DNA from: Camelus dromedarius
Taxonomy: Eukaryota
DNA length: 64,000 bases
NCBI RefSeq assembly: GCF_036321535.1
Contig: NC_087436.1
Coordinates: 97,466,001-97,530,000 of the forward strand
Direction of reading: 5' to 3'
The notes below the pieces were generated by a model. It did not search any database. It saw only the letters and a program-made list of their open reading frames with translations, and was not told the DNA's origin. Below, piece after piece: positions 12,971 through 26,660 of the stretch; the first letter of the stretch is position 1; every line of letters starts with the position of its first letter. The position numbers and the translations under genes are program-made.

Positions 12971-13159
12971 TGAGTGGCTCATTTTTAACTTAAAAAAAGC
13001 AAAGTATTTAAATGTAACTCTGGTTTCTTTATCAATGGCCGCTAGGGATTGAAGTTGAGCTGAAAAATTCATGAGAATTCACACACTGATTTCATAAACA
13101 AATATGTGTGGGCAAAAGGATTTGGACAATCCCTTGTTAGTCTGTGATTATGACATGTG

Positions 13160-13800
13160 TGTCATTCAGGGTCCCATCTGGAGACAAAAACTGTAGCAGT
13201 GTTTGTTGTTGTTTCTTTTCGGTTTTGGTTTTGATCAGGAGTAATTAATATAAAGATTTGATACTAGTTATTTGAGGACTGGATAGGCAGAAAGGATATA
13301 CTAATGCATCAGGGGTGGTAGCTACTGGAAGGTGATTCCATTCTAAGGCTGGGGCAGTGGAAAGGCTGAAGTTATTAAAACGTTGGAGATGGAGTAGGGA
13401 ATCTGCAGTGCCTGAAACTCCGGCGGCTGAAACTCAGATGACCAAGGAGGAGTTAGTTCTCAGTCTGTGAAGCTGACATCTCTGAGGAGGTGTGGTAAGG
13501 TTGGTTCTGAAAATGTTTGGAAAAGTGAAAACTGAAATCAACTGCTGTTACTGAAATGAAATGTTACCATCAGGGTGAAAAATTGTTGCTGTTGTGATGG
13601 TGAGAGCAGCAAGCAGCAAAAACAGGAATAGGAAACAAACAAGAAGGGGCATGTTCCTTCTTTTTCCTTATTTCTTCCAGTACTTTACTAGTATCTTGTA
13701 ATGGTAGAGACTTAAACAGAAGTCAGAAGGACAATGCGGTCCCAGTCCCAGCATCACAAACTGAGTGTAAAGGGGTGGTTTAAAACTGACAACCATGACA
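13160..13800 (-). mobile_element. Ancient LTR (LTR78-like)
   Basis: tgtcattcagggtccc...ggtcccagtcccagcatcacaaactgagtgtaaaggggtgg resembles antisense LTR78-type consensus; recognised by eye only. Confidence 0.5.
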
Positions 13801-15631
13801 ATAACTGCGACAATAGAACTTACAATTCTGACACCCTAACAATAAACATACTGGTGTATGATTTTTCATTAGCCCTATATAATTTAAGTTGCAGGATGGA
13901 AGTGGGGTTTTTTGAAGAATTTGCTTTTGTTTCCATAGAATTGAAAGTTGATTACTCAGTCAATACATTTATACTTTTAAAAAGCTTAATTAGATAAAAG
14001 CTGTAGAATATTGTCGTAAGTCTCAACATGCTTCCAAACACAGAAAGCTCGGTGAATGGGTGGTTCTGCCTTGAAGTCATTTTATTCTTCTTTGTGGTTT
14101 TATTAAAGATTGGTATTTAATTTTGTTTCTTCAACAAAATCCAGTGTGAAAGTTTTGGCCTGAATTAGGGAATATCAGAACATAAAATACAAAATATGTA
14201 TCAAGGCAATAAACTATTTTTGAATTTCTTTCCTTTTTCATATTACTAGAAGGAGAATGCTTTATTTTAATTCTGAAATATTCTCATGTCAGCTTTATCA
14301 TTATTTTATCATTTTCTCAAATATCTATCAACAATTATAGTGGGAAGAAGCTTAAATTTGGTCTTCTGATTATTTTTGTAAAAATCTAAAAAGAGCATAG
14401 GGTTAAAATAGCCATGAGCTAAACTTTTGGAACTCTTACAAAAGCTATAGAAGTCTCTCAACACAGGAGTTCACTCAACGATGAAATACGTTTAGAGGAA
14501 ATTATTTATTTTAGTTTATGAATGTGGGTGTTAAATTGTTCAATTGGGCATCATGTCAAAACTGAGCTTTTTGTTTCATAAGGGGGAAGAGGTAGGCAGG
14601 AAGCTGATCAAGCAGAACAATAAGAAATCAGATTCTGTAAAATAAGTAGATTTTAATTGCATCAGTTGCTAAAGTGTTATTTTTCCCTCAAGTATTAAGT
14701 CACTTTTTCATATGCATCATTGCATGGTTCCAAAGTTGCTTATTGTCCCAATTTAGATTCTTGTTTCTAATCATAAGCCTTTTGAACAAATTAGTAAGTC
14801 TATATATTTTACCTGACTCTCAATGATATAGTAATTTTTGTTTAATTCAGCAACTCTATTAACTACTGTAGGTTTCTGAAAAGTATTATGAAGTTATATA
14901 GTTCTGACTTATTCATATTCATATAATATAAATATTATAATATTTATAATATTGGTAACATTTATGCATCAGGAGAAATTTAACATTAAGTTTGAAGTTT
15001 ATACCTAGGATAAATTAAAATATATATTTTTGATGTAAAAGACTAAAAAAAGGCATGAATATCTTTAGTCTTCAGGGAAGAGGTGCCTTTACATGCCCTT
15101 TTGAAAATTAGTTCTATATTTTTATCAACCTAGTTAAAGAAATATTAACATAATTATGTTTTTGATTCATTTAAATTAATAAACAGATTAGGCTTGGTTT
15201 AAAAGGGAGAAAAATATCATGCTAAGATTATAATCTCAGCATAATGTCAGTTTTTAAAAATCTCAACAAAATATTTAAAGTTTTTTATTTAAAGCAAACT
15301 ATGCAAGATGTTTAGGTATGCTTATGTATATTCAATAGCACATTTTTAGTTTTGAATAACGGTTTACCTCAAAGTCATAAGTAATAATAAAAGTAATCAT
15401 GAGAGTAGTATCAGCATTAGCTATCATTCATTAAAAGACTATTCTGTGGTCATTCCTATGCTAGACTTTATTTTTGCCTTTATTCAACAGATTTCTTGAT
15501 TTTTATGTAGTAGACATTAGGTGAAACAACTACGACCTCAAAGATTAATTAGTAAAATCTTCTGCCTTCAAGATAACAATATAATGTGATAAACACTGGA
15601 GCTAGCAATATGTTTTTTTTAATTTTTTTAA

Positions 15632-16210
15632 TTTATTTATTCATACACTCATTCAACAAGTATCTATTTTGTCAAGCATTGTCCTAAATGGTATAATTCA
15701 AAGGTGAACAAATATAGATCACATACTTTCCAAAAAGAAGTTTACTAAATACGTGTGGGAGGCAGAGATTAATGAGATTAATACATAAGTAAATTAAAAT
15801 TTGAACTGTTATAATAGTTACATTGGGGAGCTACATGGTACCGTGAGAGGGTATACTACGGGTGTCTATCCTAATCAAGGAGGGTAGGAAAAGATGTTTT
15901 GAGACCTGAAGAATGATGTAGAGTGTGTTGGGGATCAGAGGAGCCAGCATCTTGGCAAAAAGACCAGCATGTAGTAAGGCCCTGTGACATGGGGAGGAAT
16001 AATACATTTTAGGAAGTGAAATGAGACAAATGTGACTACTTTGATTGATAAAATTCAAGCCTCTTAGAGCCTTCAAGTTCAAGTTAAGGATTTTGATATT
16101 TATCCTAAAAATTAAGAGAATATTAATTTTTCCTTAGTCAATCAGACTTATTGGTAGTATTATTGAACCAGTGCATTTTTCATTTTAAAATATTGCTCTG
16201 ACTCCAGTGA
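15632..16210 (-). mobile_element. L2 3' end
   Basis: ttcatacactcattcaacaagtatctatt terminus followed by purine-rich antisense L2 sequence. Confidence 0.8.
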
Positions 16211-16699
16211 AAAACTTAAATAAAGAGCTGGATAAAGACAAGTGAGTCTCTAGGAGACAATGTAAAAACTGTACTTACCAATATTTGCATTCACTTCAGT
16301 AAGCTCATAGATTTCTTGGAGCTAATCCATAAAAAACATGATCTGTTATTCTAGAGACTTTGTAATTTAAGTGAAAATTTTGAAAAGAGCTAGTAAGATT
16401 AGTTATGAGTTTATTTTATCAGGGAGGAAAGAACTAGAACAAACCCATGGATTTTGAGCTCTTGCTATATACATTATAGGCTTTATACAAGAGTCCAAGA
16501 CTGGCAGCATGAGACTATTGTTCCTTGTGAACATTTGTTTATTTAATACCCATGGGATTAAGAAACACATCTATAGCTGCACATCTCAGGTCTTTAGTCA
16601 TCATTGGCTTTGCATTTCTTGTGATTTAGAATTCTGCTGGGAAAGGATGGGTGACTTCAGTATTTATTTTGAATCAATAATAATGATGATGATAGCAAT

Positions 16700-16925
16700 A
16701 AAAACAAAATGGTAGATAACATATAGTTTATGTATACAATAAACTTAACACTGTTCTAAGAAGCACCATCTCAAATAAATGAAACTCTAGGGTGAAACTT
16801 ATTACTGTTATTATCCTAGTACAGAATATGAGGAAATTCAAGCTTGGAAAAGTAATTCACATAAAATTATATAGCTAATAAGAAGAAATTGAATTCAAGC
16901 CAGTGTTTGACTCCAGAACACATAT
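16700..16925 (-). mobile_element. MIR
   Basis: cactgttctaag...atgaggaaattcaagcttgg...gaattcaagccagtgtttgactccagaac. Confidence 0.7.
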
Positions 16926-17716
16926 TCCAAAATCATGCCTCCCCTTATTAGGAAGCAGATAGGGATGGAACTGTTATAAATAGTGAGTAAAATTATCCTC
17001 TACATTGTCACTTTTCAGCCAACTAGTTTATAGAGGTATTCAGTACAGTAAACTAGGGTTATGTGAGGCAGAGAATAAAAACCAGTAAAATACAATTTTA
17101 ATGAATACTGGCACAATCATAAGAAAATAGATACTCTAGATTTAACACAAAGATTGCTGGTTTCAACTTCCTGTTTCAGATTGCCAGAAAATATTTCAAA
17201 CAATGGAGATCCATTTTTAGAAAAAAATTTCTCCTCTTATTTTCTCATGAGTCAAATAGGAGTATAATATCTCCCATTTGCTGTTTTTCACCTATATTCC
17301 TGCTTTAAACTTTCTACAGAATATTTTGTTTCTCTGTAAATAAATGGAAGAATTTCACCATAATTTAATTATACTGTTTTGTTAAGCGTTCCTGGCATAT
17401 TGAAAGAAGTAGTAAAGGGGAAATTGGGTTTGTTCAGATAGTACAGTGATGATAGTAGGATATTTTAATCTCTTTCTCTAGAGTACATTCAAGGCACCAC
17501 AGTTTCTCCTCATTATAACCAGAGTTGGAAAGAGCTTGTATAAGCCTGTGTTGGTTTATAAAATATATCGTGAAGAGAATACAACATGCTTAGTTACGAA
17601 TGTGAATGACTACTTCTGTACTCATTATTTTTAATTTTTTTAAATATTGTATTTCACATAGTCTGACTTTAGCAAGATTTGACTTTTTTTCATTAGATGC
17701 TCTGACTTTATTCATC

Positions 17717-19053
17717 CTTTTTGTTTTAATTATAGTTGATTTACAAAATTATATTAGTTTCAGGTGTACAGCATAGTGATCCAATATTCTTATAGATTAT
17801 ACTCCATTTAAAGTTATTATAAATTATTCACTATTTTCCCTGTGCTGTACATTACATCTTTGTATCTTATTTATTTTATACATAACAGTCTGTGTCTCTT
17901 AATCCCATACCCTTATCTTGTGCTTCCCCACTTTCTTCTCCCTACTGGTAGCCACTGGTTTGTTTTTTACACCTGTGAGTCTGTTTTTGTTTTGTTATAT
18001 AGATTCATTTGTTTTATTTTTTTAGATTCCACATATAAGTGATAACATACAGTATTTGTCTTTCTCTGTATGACTTATTTCACTAACCATAATAATCTCC
18101 AGGTCCATCCATGTTGTTGCAAATAGCAGAAAATCATGTATAAACTTAACATATATATAAAATCATATATATATACACATATATATATACACACACACAC
18201 ACATTTATCTGTTGATGGACACTTAGGTTGTTTCCATGTCTTGGCTATGGTAAATAATGCAGCCATGAATATTTTGAGGTGCCATGTATCTTTTCAAATT
18301 AATGATTCATTTTTTTTCACATACATGCCAAGGATTAGAATTGCTGGGTTGTATGGTAGTTCTATGTTTTGTTTTTTGAGAAACCTCCATATGTTTTCCA
18401 TAGTGTCTGCACCAATTTACATTCCCACCAACAGTGTACTAGGGTTCCCTTTTCTCCACATTCTCACCAGTAATTTTAATTTATAACTTTTTGATGTTAA
18501 CCATTCTAATAGATGTGATATGATATCTCACTGTGGTTTTGATCTGCATTTCTCTAATAATTATTGATGTTGAAATTTTCATGTGCCTCTTAGCTATCTA
18601 TATGTCTTTGGAAAAATGTCTATTCAGGTCTGCCCATGTTTTAAATTGGTTGTTTGTTTGGTTTTTTTGCTGTTGAGTTGTATAAGCTGTTTATATATTT
18701 TGGATAATAACTCCTTATCCAGCATATCATTTGCAAATAGTTTCTCCTATTCATTAGGTTGTATTTTCGTTTTGTCAGTGGTTTCCTTTGCTTTGCAAAA
18801 GCTTTTATGTGTAATTAAGCCCCATTGTTAATTTTTATTTCTTTTATTTCTTTTGCCTTAGGGACAGATCCAAAAAAATATTGCTACAATTTATGTGAAA
18901 GAGTGTTCTGCCTATGTTTTCTTCTAGGAGTTTTATGGTTTCTAGTCTTACATTTAGGACTTTAATCCATTTTGAGTTTATTTCTGTGTATGGTGTGGGG
19001 AAATGTCCTAATCTCATTCTTTTACATGTAGCTGCCCAATTTTCCCAGAACCA
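17717..19053 (-). mobile_element. L1 3' end (ORF2 C-terminus plus 3'UTR), 5'-truncated
   Basis: ORFs WENWAATCKRMRLGHFPTPYTEINSKWIK and [19 protein letters not shown]; 3'UTR tatagttgatttacaaaattatattagtttcaggtgtacagcatagtg. Confidence 0.95.
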
Positions 19054-20424
19054 GAACATTTAACTTTTTTCCCCCTCTCTTCCTGTAATGTGGCCTTCTG
19101 TCTATGGTTAGTCTTAAAAGTTAGGTTTTACAGAAAAAGTAAAAAACAAATCTGAGTATATCTTTTTAAATTTCCATCAAAAAAAGCCTACTCAGATTAA
19201 AGGGTATTCATGCCATCCCTTGTCTTTTTAATGATAGCTTTCAACCACTAAAAATATCTAAGCTATGTTCAAAGTGTATTTCGTTATGGAGCTAATGTGC
19301 AAGATAACGGAACAGCTTATTTAACGTTTGTAAAGACAGTACATTCCTGTCCCTGGATGCTAGATATATGTTTTACCTAGCATTTTATTAACATTCTAGT
19401 ACAGCCCCAAGGAAGTCTATGATATGAAGACATAAAGTTCTATTTTCCCTACTCGTAGTTTCTCAAAGCACTCTGAAAAGAAAAATAACAGCTAAAATTG
19501 TTTTGCTGTTTGTGGTGCTACTCAGGTTTAGGTTAAACCGAGATCTTCATCATTTCCTCTGTGGGTTGACCAATCTCTCTGCTTAGTGCAAACCCAGTAA
19601 AGATTCTCTATGAGACAGAGGCTTGCTTTGGGGAAAGCAGCTGCAGAAGGCTGTGAAAGACAGTGAAATGAACAGTGCTAACCTCGATTTGTTAATTGAG
19701 GTCATTGGTTAGCTTTGGAGAATACCATATACACAATTAAGCAGCCATTTCACACTGCTCTTCCTCGTTAACTGGGTTTGAGATGTTCTGCTGAACAGAA
19801 AATTGATGGGCACAGTAAACACGCTCTAGTTGCCTAATTAGCTCAGGTAGTACAATTACTGGTGTTCAATATCTATCAACAAAGCAGAGGTGCTTTAAAT
19901 GTTATATAAACACTAGAAACAAAAATAAAGCACAAAGGGATTTCACACCATCAGCCATCTGAATGAAAGTTTGCTTCATGTTAATCCTGTCTTGTAATGT
20001 AGAATATTCAATTTAGGGAAAGAAAGACAAAAAAGGAAAAAAAAAAAAACCTTCTTTGATTTAAAATTGCCGTGTCTGAGATTTAGAGGGTCATTTAAGA
20101 GGTGTTTACTAGTTTTATGAAACCTCACATTAACTTGGACTATTTAAATAAGTCAAACAAAATGATACCAGCAGAAATTCTCACGTTCTACAGTGTCTCC
20201 CACCACGCTGAACAGGCTACCGAAAGGCTTCAAGAGCCAAGGATTCCATCCTACGGAATGTAGAAGAGTCTCTCCAAGTGCAAACATTGTTGGTACTGTA
20301 GACTAAATTTATAGTCAGGTATACATTTTTAAAATGTTGTTTTCTTCTAATACCTTTTCGCCAGTTCTTATATGTAGCCTTACTATCATGCCTGCCATTC
20401 ATTTCTTTGGTTATTGAACTGGTG

Positions 20425-20499
20425 TTTTTTTTTTTTTTAAGTGAAGTATAGTCAGTTACAATGTGTCAATTTCTGGTGTACAGCACAATGTTTCAGTCA
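20425..20499 (-). mobile_element. Very short L1 3'-terminal insertion
   Basis: A T run followed by aagtgaagtatagtcagttacaatgtgtcaatttctggtgtacagcacaatg, the antisense of an L1 extreme 3' end. Confidence 0.75.
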
Positions 20500-21149
20500 G
20501 TGTGTGTTGCTTTTTCTGTTCCTTTCAGTCATAGTACTTTAGTTTATAAATCACAGAAATCCCTTTATCAAAAAATATAATGTCTCTCCAATTATTCAGA
20601 ACCATTTTTCTTATTTCGTATCATTTTTTCATCTTTCTGTCAACAGTTTATCATCAAAAAATTTAACAAGTCAAGACTACCTGCTTATTGTATACTGTAC
20701 AAAAGAATCTCTCAATTAGTTTATCATCATTGTTAATGCAATAAATACATGCTTATGGCTTATAAATCAGATAGCACTAAAATGCTCACATATATAATTT
20801 TGATGCAATATCTTTGAATTCTGTGAGAGCACCAAATGATTTTTTTTCTGAGGATGTCTACTTCTGGCATTGTCTGGATGTGCTCTATTTCCTTTCTTTT
20901 TTCTGTTTAAGTTTGGTATTTCTCTCTTAGTAGGAGACTTTCATCAAATATCTGACCATTCTTGGCTCTTTGTTAATAGCTAAGGTTAAGACACTAAGAT
21001 AATTAAAAGTCTTAAAAAAAAAAAAAAAACCCTTGATATACTTTCACCAAGTAACTTTTGATTTCTTTTCCCTCCTACATCACAAGTTCCTGTATCCTTA
21101 TCTTCTTAGTTGACTTCTTCTGTTTCTTAATTTTAAATTCCATTATCTG

Positions 21150-21436
21150 CCGAAATACCCCATCTTCAGAGAATTCCCTGAGCAGCTCATTAAAAACGCC
21201 AGTCCCCACCAGCCACTCACTAGCCCTTATAGTCAGTGCTTCAAATTACTGCTCTTTATTTCAAATTATACACAACTTTATGCATTTGTTTGTGGTCTGT
21301 CCTCTCCTTCTTGTGCCTAAGCAACAAGAGGGTGCAGACAAAGTCCTGTTTGAATCTGCATTGCCATTTAATTGCCATACAATCTGATACCTGGCACATA
21401 AAGATTCTCATTACATATTCATTGGATAAATAAATG
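21150..21436 (+). mobile_element. L2 3' end
   Basis: cctaagcaacaagagggtgcagac...tacctggcacataaagattctcattacatattcattggataaataaatg. Confidence 0.65.
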
Positions 21437-22515
21437 TATTACACTTAAATCAGTACTAAGTTCAAGGTATCTGTTCTTAAGAGCAGACTGCTCTTTATTA
21501 AAACTTTTTTTTTTAGTTATGGGGAGTTGCAAAATAAGTAGAAAGATTGTCTCAAAAGAGATTCCAGAGAAGTTACTATACCTTAAGACTTCTTAAGTTA
21601 TATATTCAATGTATCCATGGCAGGCTGTATTAATCATTGCATTAGAAATCACAAGGGAAGTCTGGCATTTTTGTAAACTAATTTCAGTGTATGTATCTTT
21701 AGCTTTAGGACCTAGATGATTGGGAAACTGAAATAATTCCCCATTAAGAAATAGTGATGTGTGCAGTGAATCTGTCATTTTTGTCAGATAAAGGACTAAG
21801 GGACTCTTCTTGATTCAGTCTAGAGAATATTTTAAAGCAGTTCCTTTGGAAGTGTTCATCTTGCTTAAAGCTACACTTGGCAAATGATGCTCAGTAAGGC
21901 AAATCCTTTAAGTTCATCTAAATCATTCCATGTGTTAATGGACAGATCACTAAGAGAGGAGAGATCACCAGATACCGTTAAAATATATGTGTGTGTGTGT
22001 GTATAGGCAAGTGCACATTCCATGTATCTGGGAATTCTATTAATGAGGGAAAGAAGATGAAGACTGAAAGCCTTTGTCATTTGCCTTTTTCTTCCTGTGA
22101 ATTTAGATACTAGACTTCAACTAAATGCAGTCAATGTTTATTGATGGGCTTCTGCATGGAAGGTGTCTTGGATTTAGCTACAGGGGATACATAGATAATT
22201 AATATGGGAAATCTTTCTTCACAGAGTAACTCCCACAGACTCAAAGTAAACAAATGTTTGCAACACAAATAACAAACTGGTATGAGTGAAGTCAAATGGA
22301 ATGGGGTGACAAGGAAGGAACGATTATTTCTGGTTTGAAGGGTATGTGGCAATGGACATTCTAGGAACTCGAAGTAAACTCTGAACGCTTGTTGGGATTT
22401 TAGGGACCACAGGGAGTAATTCAGATCAGACTTTTCCAATTTTGATAGAGTTTTAATAGCCTCAAAAATTTTAGGGTTGAGTTTGCTCGGAGCCACAGGG
22501 GTTGTGGAACTGAAC

Positions 22516-22574
22516 AGTGTGTGTGAGTGTGTGCATGTGTGTATGTTTGTGTGTGTTAGAGTGAGACAGAGAGA
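22516..22574. repeat. Imperfect (TG)n/(AG)n microsatellite
   Basis: Read directly from the sequence. Confidence 0.8.
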
Positions 22575-23035
22575 ACCACTCTAGTGACATTTATGCAAAA
22601 GAAGTTTTAGTTATATTTTAAAATGGGCTTAAAACATATAAAGTTTGAATCAAACTGGAGTTTAACTATGGCAACTGTAATTCAGGCTTAAATGGCAGGA
22701 ATCTAAGAAGTTGTTTCAATATAGGACTCCTATGCTTTAAAAAAATCCACAGGGTTGAAACGTCCCTATAATTTATATATTTTAAAATATAAAAACGAGA
22801 TCCTCAGTAAGCAGCCCAAACTATTTGTGACACATTTACTTATCCTCCTTGATTATATTTATACTTTCTATAACAGGGAGGTTTACAAAAAAAAAAAAAA
22901 AATGCGAACCAGTAGCAATTACTTTGTATTTGATATGAGGGAGGGGAGATAGGGTCATATCCGTGTCACTTCATACAAATGCAATAGTAAATTTTTCCAT
23001 ATTGGTCTTGATTTCTCTGTCTCCTTTAACCTTGC

Positions 23036-23173
23036 AACATACTAGATTTTACTCCTCAGTGGCTTATAAGGCATAACATTTATTAGCTGAATGTTATGCA
23101 CATTTGTTACCATTAATTGCTTGGATACTAAATCTGGGTAATCATACTCGCTTTAAGATAAATTAAAAGTTGC
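23036..23173 (+). repeat. 138-bp dispersed direct repeat, copy 1
   Basis: Ungapped match to 24967-25104; I count 122/138 identical. Confidence 0.95.
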
Positions 23174-24099
23174 TTTGTTTTCTGGAGTCTGACTTGCCAA
23201 GAGAAAAAAAAAGAAAGCTCTCCTATGCTTAAAACAAACATCTAAACTGAGCATAATCTAATATTGATGCAAGACAAAAATATTAAAATGTTATTTTTGG
23301 TCTCAATTCAAGAGCTTAGATGAGAAACAACTTCATTTTTACAATAAGGCAAAATAATTAATTTTGTCCTAACTAGATATTTACATCTGTCAGCTGCTCA
23401 TATCTTACGAATTATCAATATCCCCATGAGACAACAGAAAATAACACAGAAAATTAATCTGTCACCTCTTGGGTTACATAACATTATTTTAAAAGGTATC
23501 TCCTTTATTATTTGTAACTGTGAGGTTAGTACAAGATGTTTAACTTTATCCTTCAAGGACTTTAATTCTGAACATATAGCAAAAGAAGAAAGAAGTCTGT
23601 GTCTCTATGAGAGCATATCATTTTGAGAACTGTCAGACTTTCCTGAAAAGGGAATTAATATTTCATGAAAAATAGAAAACTCTCTCATCCATGGGTGTTT
23701 GTTCTCAGAGGTGGAGACTGAGGTGTAAGACCAAAAGAATCTATGGAATCGTGTTCAGCTACAGGCAGCCTTCCTGCTGATCTGGTAACTAACCTGCAGC
23801 CCTGAAAAAGACAGGCTTCCTCCCTGCCAATAACAAGAGATGGAAACCCAAAGGTAAACAGTTTTTATGGGAAATGAAGACATGGCATTTGAAAGTGTTT
23901 CTACTCGTAGGAGGAAATACTGCCTAAAAGGTTAAGTACCTCATAAGACTCTATATCTCTTAAGTATGGAGTCTAAATAGTTTTCTGAAATACACTGCAG
24001 ATTATAAAAATTCTATTTGTTTTCATACAATTACTATTCCTTTCTTCCTCTTCTTATCCTCATTGTGAAACATTTAAATAATATCAAAAATTTTAAATA

Positions 24100-24966
24100 A
24101 AATATAAAATCCAAAACATATTATACCACTCTGATATAAATGCCAATAAGATCTTAAAAATTTACCTTTCGCATATTTTCTATGGATGCACATATATATA
24201 TCACATCACATTATCATCTGTTTTTTATGAATAGAATTCATTTTGCAGATTTCAAGATTTTCTTTCCTTTGAACTTTCTCCCAAACTCCTTTCTAAGTTA
24301 ACAATCTCTCACAAATCTTTTCATAGCCTTTTCCAGGCTCCCATCATGCAAAATCATAAAAAATTTGGTCAATTTTTCCCATGTGAGGTCACTTTATATA
24401 CACTGCTTCCTTGCTTTCTGCCTTCAACCACACATCTTAGAAATCTCTTTAAATCAACTGATACAAAGCTAACCAATTTTATTTAATAACATTGGTGAAC
24501 CACAATTTGTCCAATCATTCTGCAATTGATAGGTGTATGCTTAGCTTCTAGTGTTTTGTAACTACACAGAAGATGTTGCAATAAATCTTCTGCAGCAAAT
24601 ATCCTAAAGTGCATGTGCTTATAATTCTATGGAAGAAACATGGCATTTTTTATTGAAGTGCATATCGCCAGTTTGCTTTTCAAAAATAATAAACTATTTC
24701 CAGAAAGCATCCATGAAATATTATCTTCCATATCATCTCAAGCATCACTAATTATGAGTACTCTTTTTAATTTCTATCCATCTGATAGATGGTTACTAGA
24801 TTATTTGTTATATGTCAATTTTCCTGTTGGCCACTGAATTTGAACCTGATTTTACCTGTTAATTGGCCATTGGCTTGGCTGTTTTATGATATGTTTATTT
24901 AGTATTTTTTACCCATTTTCATGAATTTTTTGACCTTTAGTTATCAGCTTATAACTACTGTAATAT
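24100..24966 (-). mobile_element. Ancient L1 (L1ME-like) 3' region
   Basis: Highly degenerate antisense ORF2 end/3'UTR: gatgttgcaataaatcttct; cctgttaattggccattggc. Confidence 0.6.
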
Positions 24967-25104
24967 AACATGTTAGATTTTACTCCTCTGTGGCTTATAA
25001 GTCATAACATTTATTAGCTGAATATTATGAACAGTTGTTACCATTAATTATTCTGATACTAAATCTGGATAATAATGCTCAGTTTAAGATAAATTAAAAG
25101 TTGC
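24967..25104 (+). repeat. 138-bp dispersed direct repeat, copy 2
   Basis: Ungapped match to 23036-23173, offset 1931 bp. Confidence 0.95.
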
Positions 25105-25779
25105 CAAAGCATTTCCGTAAAGTCAGATTATTTTCCCATAAATTCATCTCCTCCCCACTCCAAGCTCTTCAAAATAAATCTCCTTTCTGTCTATTGCTCC
25201 AGTAAAGCTTTTGAAGGCAACACAAGATAATATGACAACCATTCCAACCAGAACATGTTAAGTAAACAAGAATAAATGCCAGAAATTTCAAGTGACTGTA
25301 AAGGAAATACCCTATGGAAATTAAAGGCCAAATGACTGATCCTGAATATCAAATTAAAAAATTCCTATACTTTTACATGTTGAGTAAAATGTAATTATTT
25401 AGGAAGCCAGCCTTTGTCAGCGCACTTCCCAGTGAAGCAAAGTGGTCAGTTGGAGCACTGGAATTACTATCAGAAAAACAGTGCTGAGATTCCAGCTCTG
25501 TTACTTACAGATTATGTTTTCTTGAGTGCAGATCTCTTCCCTGGGCTTCTGTTTCCTCAGACACGAAATAGTTAACGCTGGGGCTGCTGCTACTGCTTAT
25601 CTCACTATGTGGTTCTAAAGATGCACTAGATGAAGTATGAGAACAGTACTACCTGAATACTGGTATCTTAATCATTCTCGTATTTATTGTAAATAGTAAA
25701 TATGATGAAGAACTTTAGCACAAAATACACCATATATGAAAGATTATTCTGAAAGCCAGGAATTTAAAAAACACTCTGG

Positions 25780-25930
25780 TGGGCAGATTTCCCCTGAAAT
25801 AGGAGAGGTGCCTGTGACTTGCTTCTAACTAATGAGATATTACAAAAGTGACAATATGTCACTTTTATAATTGTTTTATGTCAAAGAGAACTGTCTGGCT
25901 AACAAATTCACTCTAGAATCTCTCTTTCTT
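25780..25930 (+). mobile_element. MLT1 (MaLR) LTR fragment
   Basis: cctgtgacttgcttctaactaatgagatattacaaaagtgacaatatgtcactt. Confidence 0.6.
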
Positions 25931-26119
25931 GAGGAAATTGGGCATTTGAGCCAACATATGAAGGATGAGTTGGAGTTAATCGAGGTAATACCTGGAAGCA
26001 GGGTTTAGATGGACATTCCAGGCCATGAGATCAGCACATCCAGAGGCTGGGATGTGAATGTGAGTTTGAAGAACTGAAGGGAAAGTTGCTATGGGGAGGA
26101 GATAAACAGCAGAAATGTA

Positions 26120-26660
26120 TTTATCAGTCCTTTATCTTGTCCTTTGTGCTTTCTGTGTCAAATTAACACATTTTCCCTTACTCAGATATTAGAAAGAGAC
26201 ACTTCAATGTTTTGTTCTAAAAAAAGTTTTATAGACTCTTTTTTTTTTTCTTTAAAACATTTAGGTCATTGCTCCCATGAAATGGATTTCAAATCTGGTA
26301 TGAGGAAGTAACTTTTTTTTTTTTCATTTTAATATGGGATACTAGTTTTCCCAGTGTCATTTATTGATGAGCCCAACTTTTATCCTGATTTGCAATGCCA
26401 TCACTGACATATATAAAAATCTATATTTAGATACGTCTCTAGAGTTTCTGTTTAATTCTATTGGCCATTCTGTTTTTAATTCCAGTGGCCATTCCACTGT
26501 GCATAATTGTTCTAAAATTATTTCTTATTTATTTAACTTTAGACTGAATCTTGATATTTTGTTACACAGATTTTCTCATTTATTCTTTTTCAAAATTGCC
26601 TTGACTGAGAAGATCTCCACAAACGGATTTAAGAATAATTTGTCTCGAGAAGTTTTGTTG
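26120..26660 (-). mobile_element. Ancient L1M ORF2 fragment; related remnants continue at ~28080-29100
   Basis: atttaggtcattgctccca...ctagttttcccagtgtcatttattga...ctagagtttctgtttaattctattgg is degenerate antisense ORF2. Confidence 0.6.
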
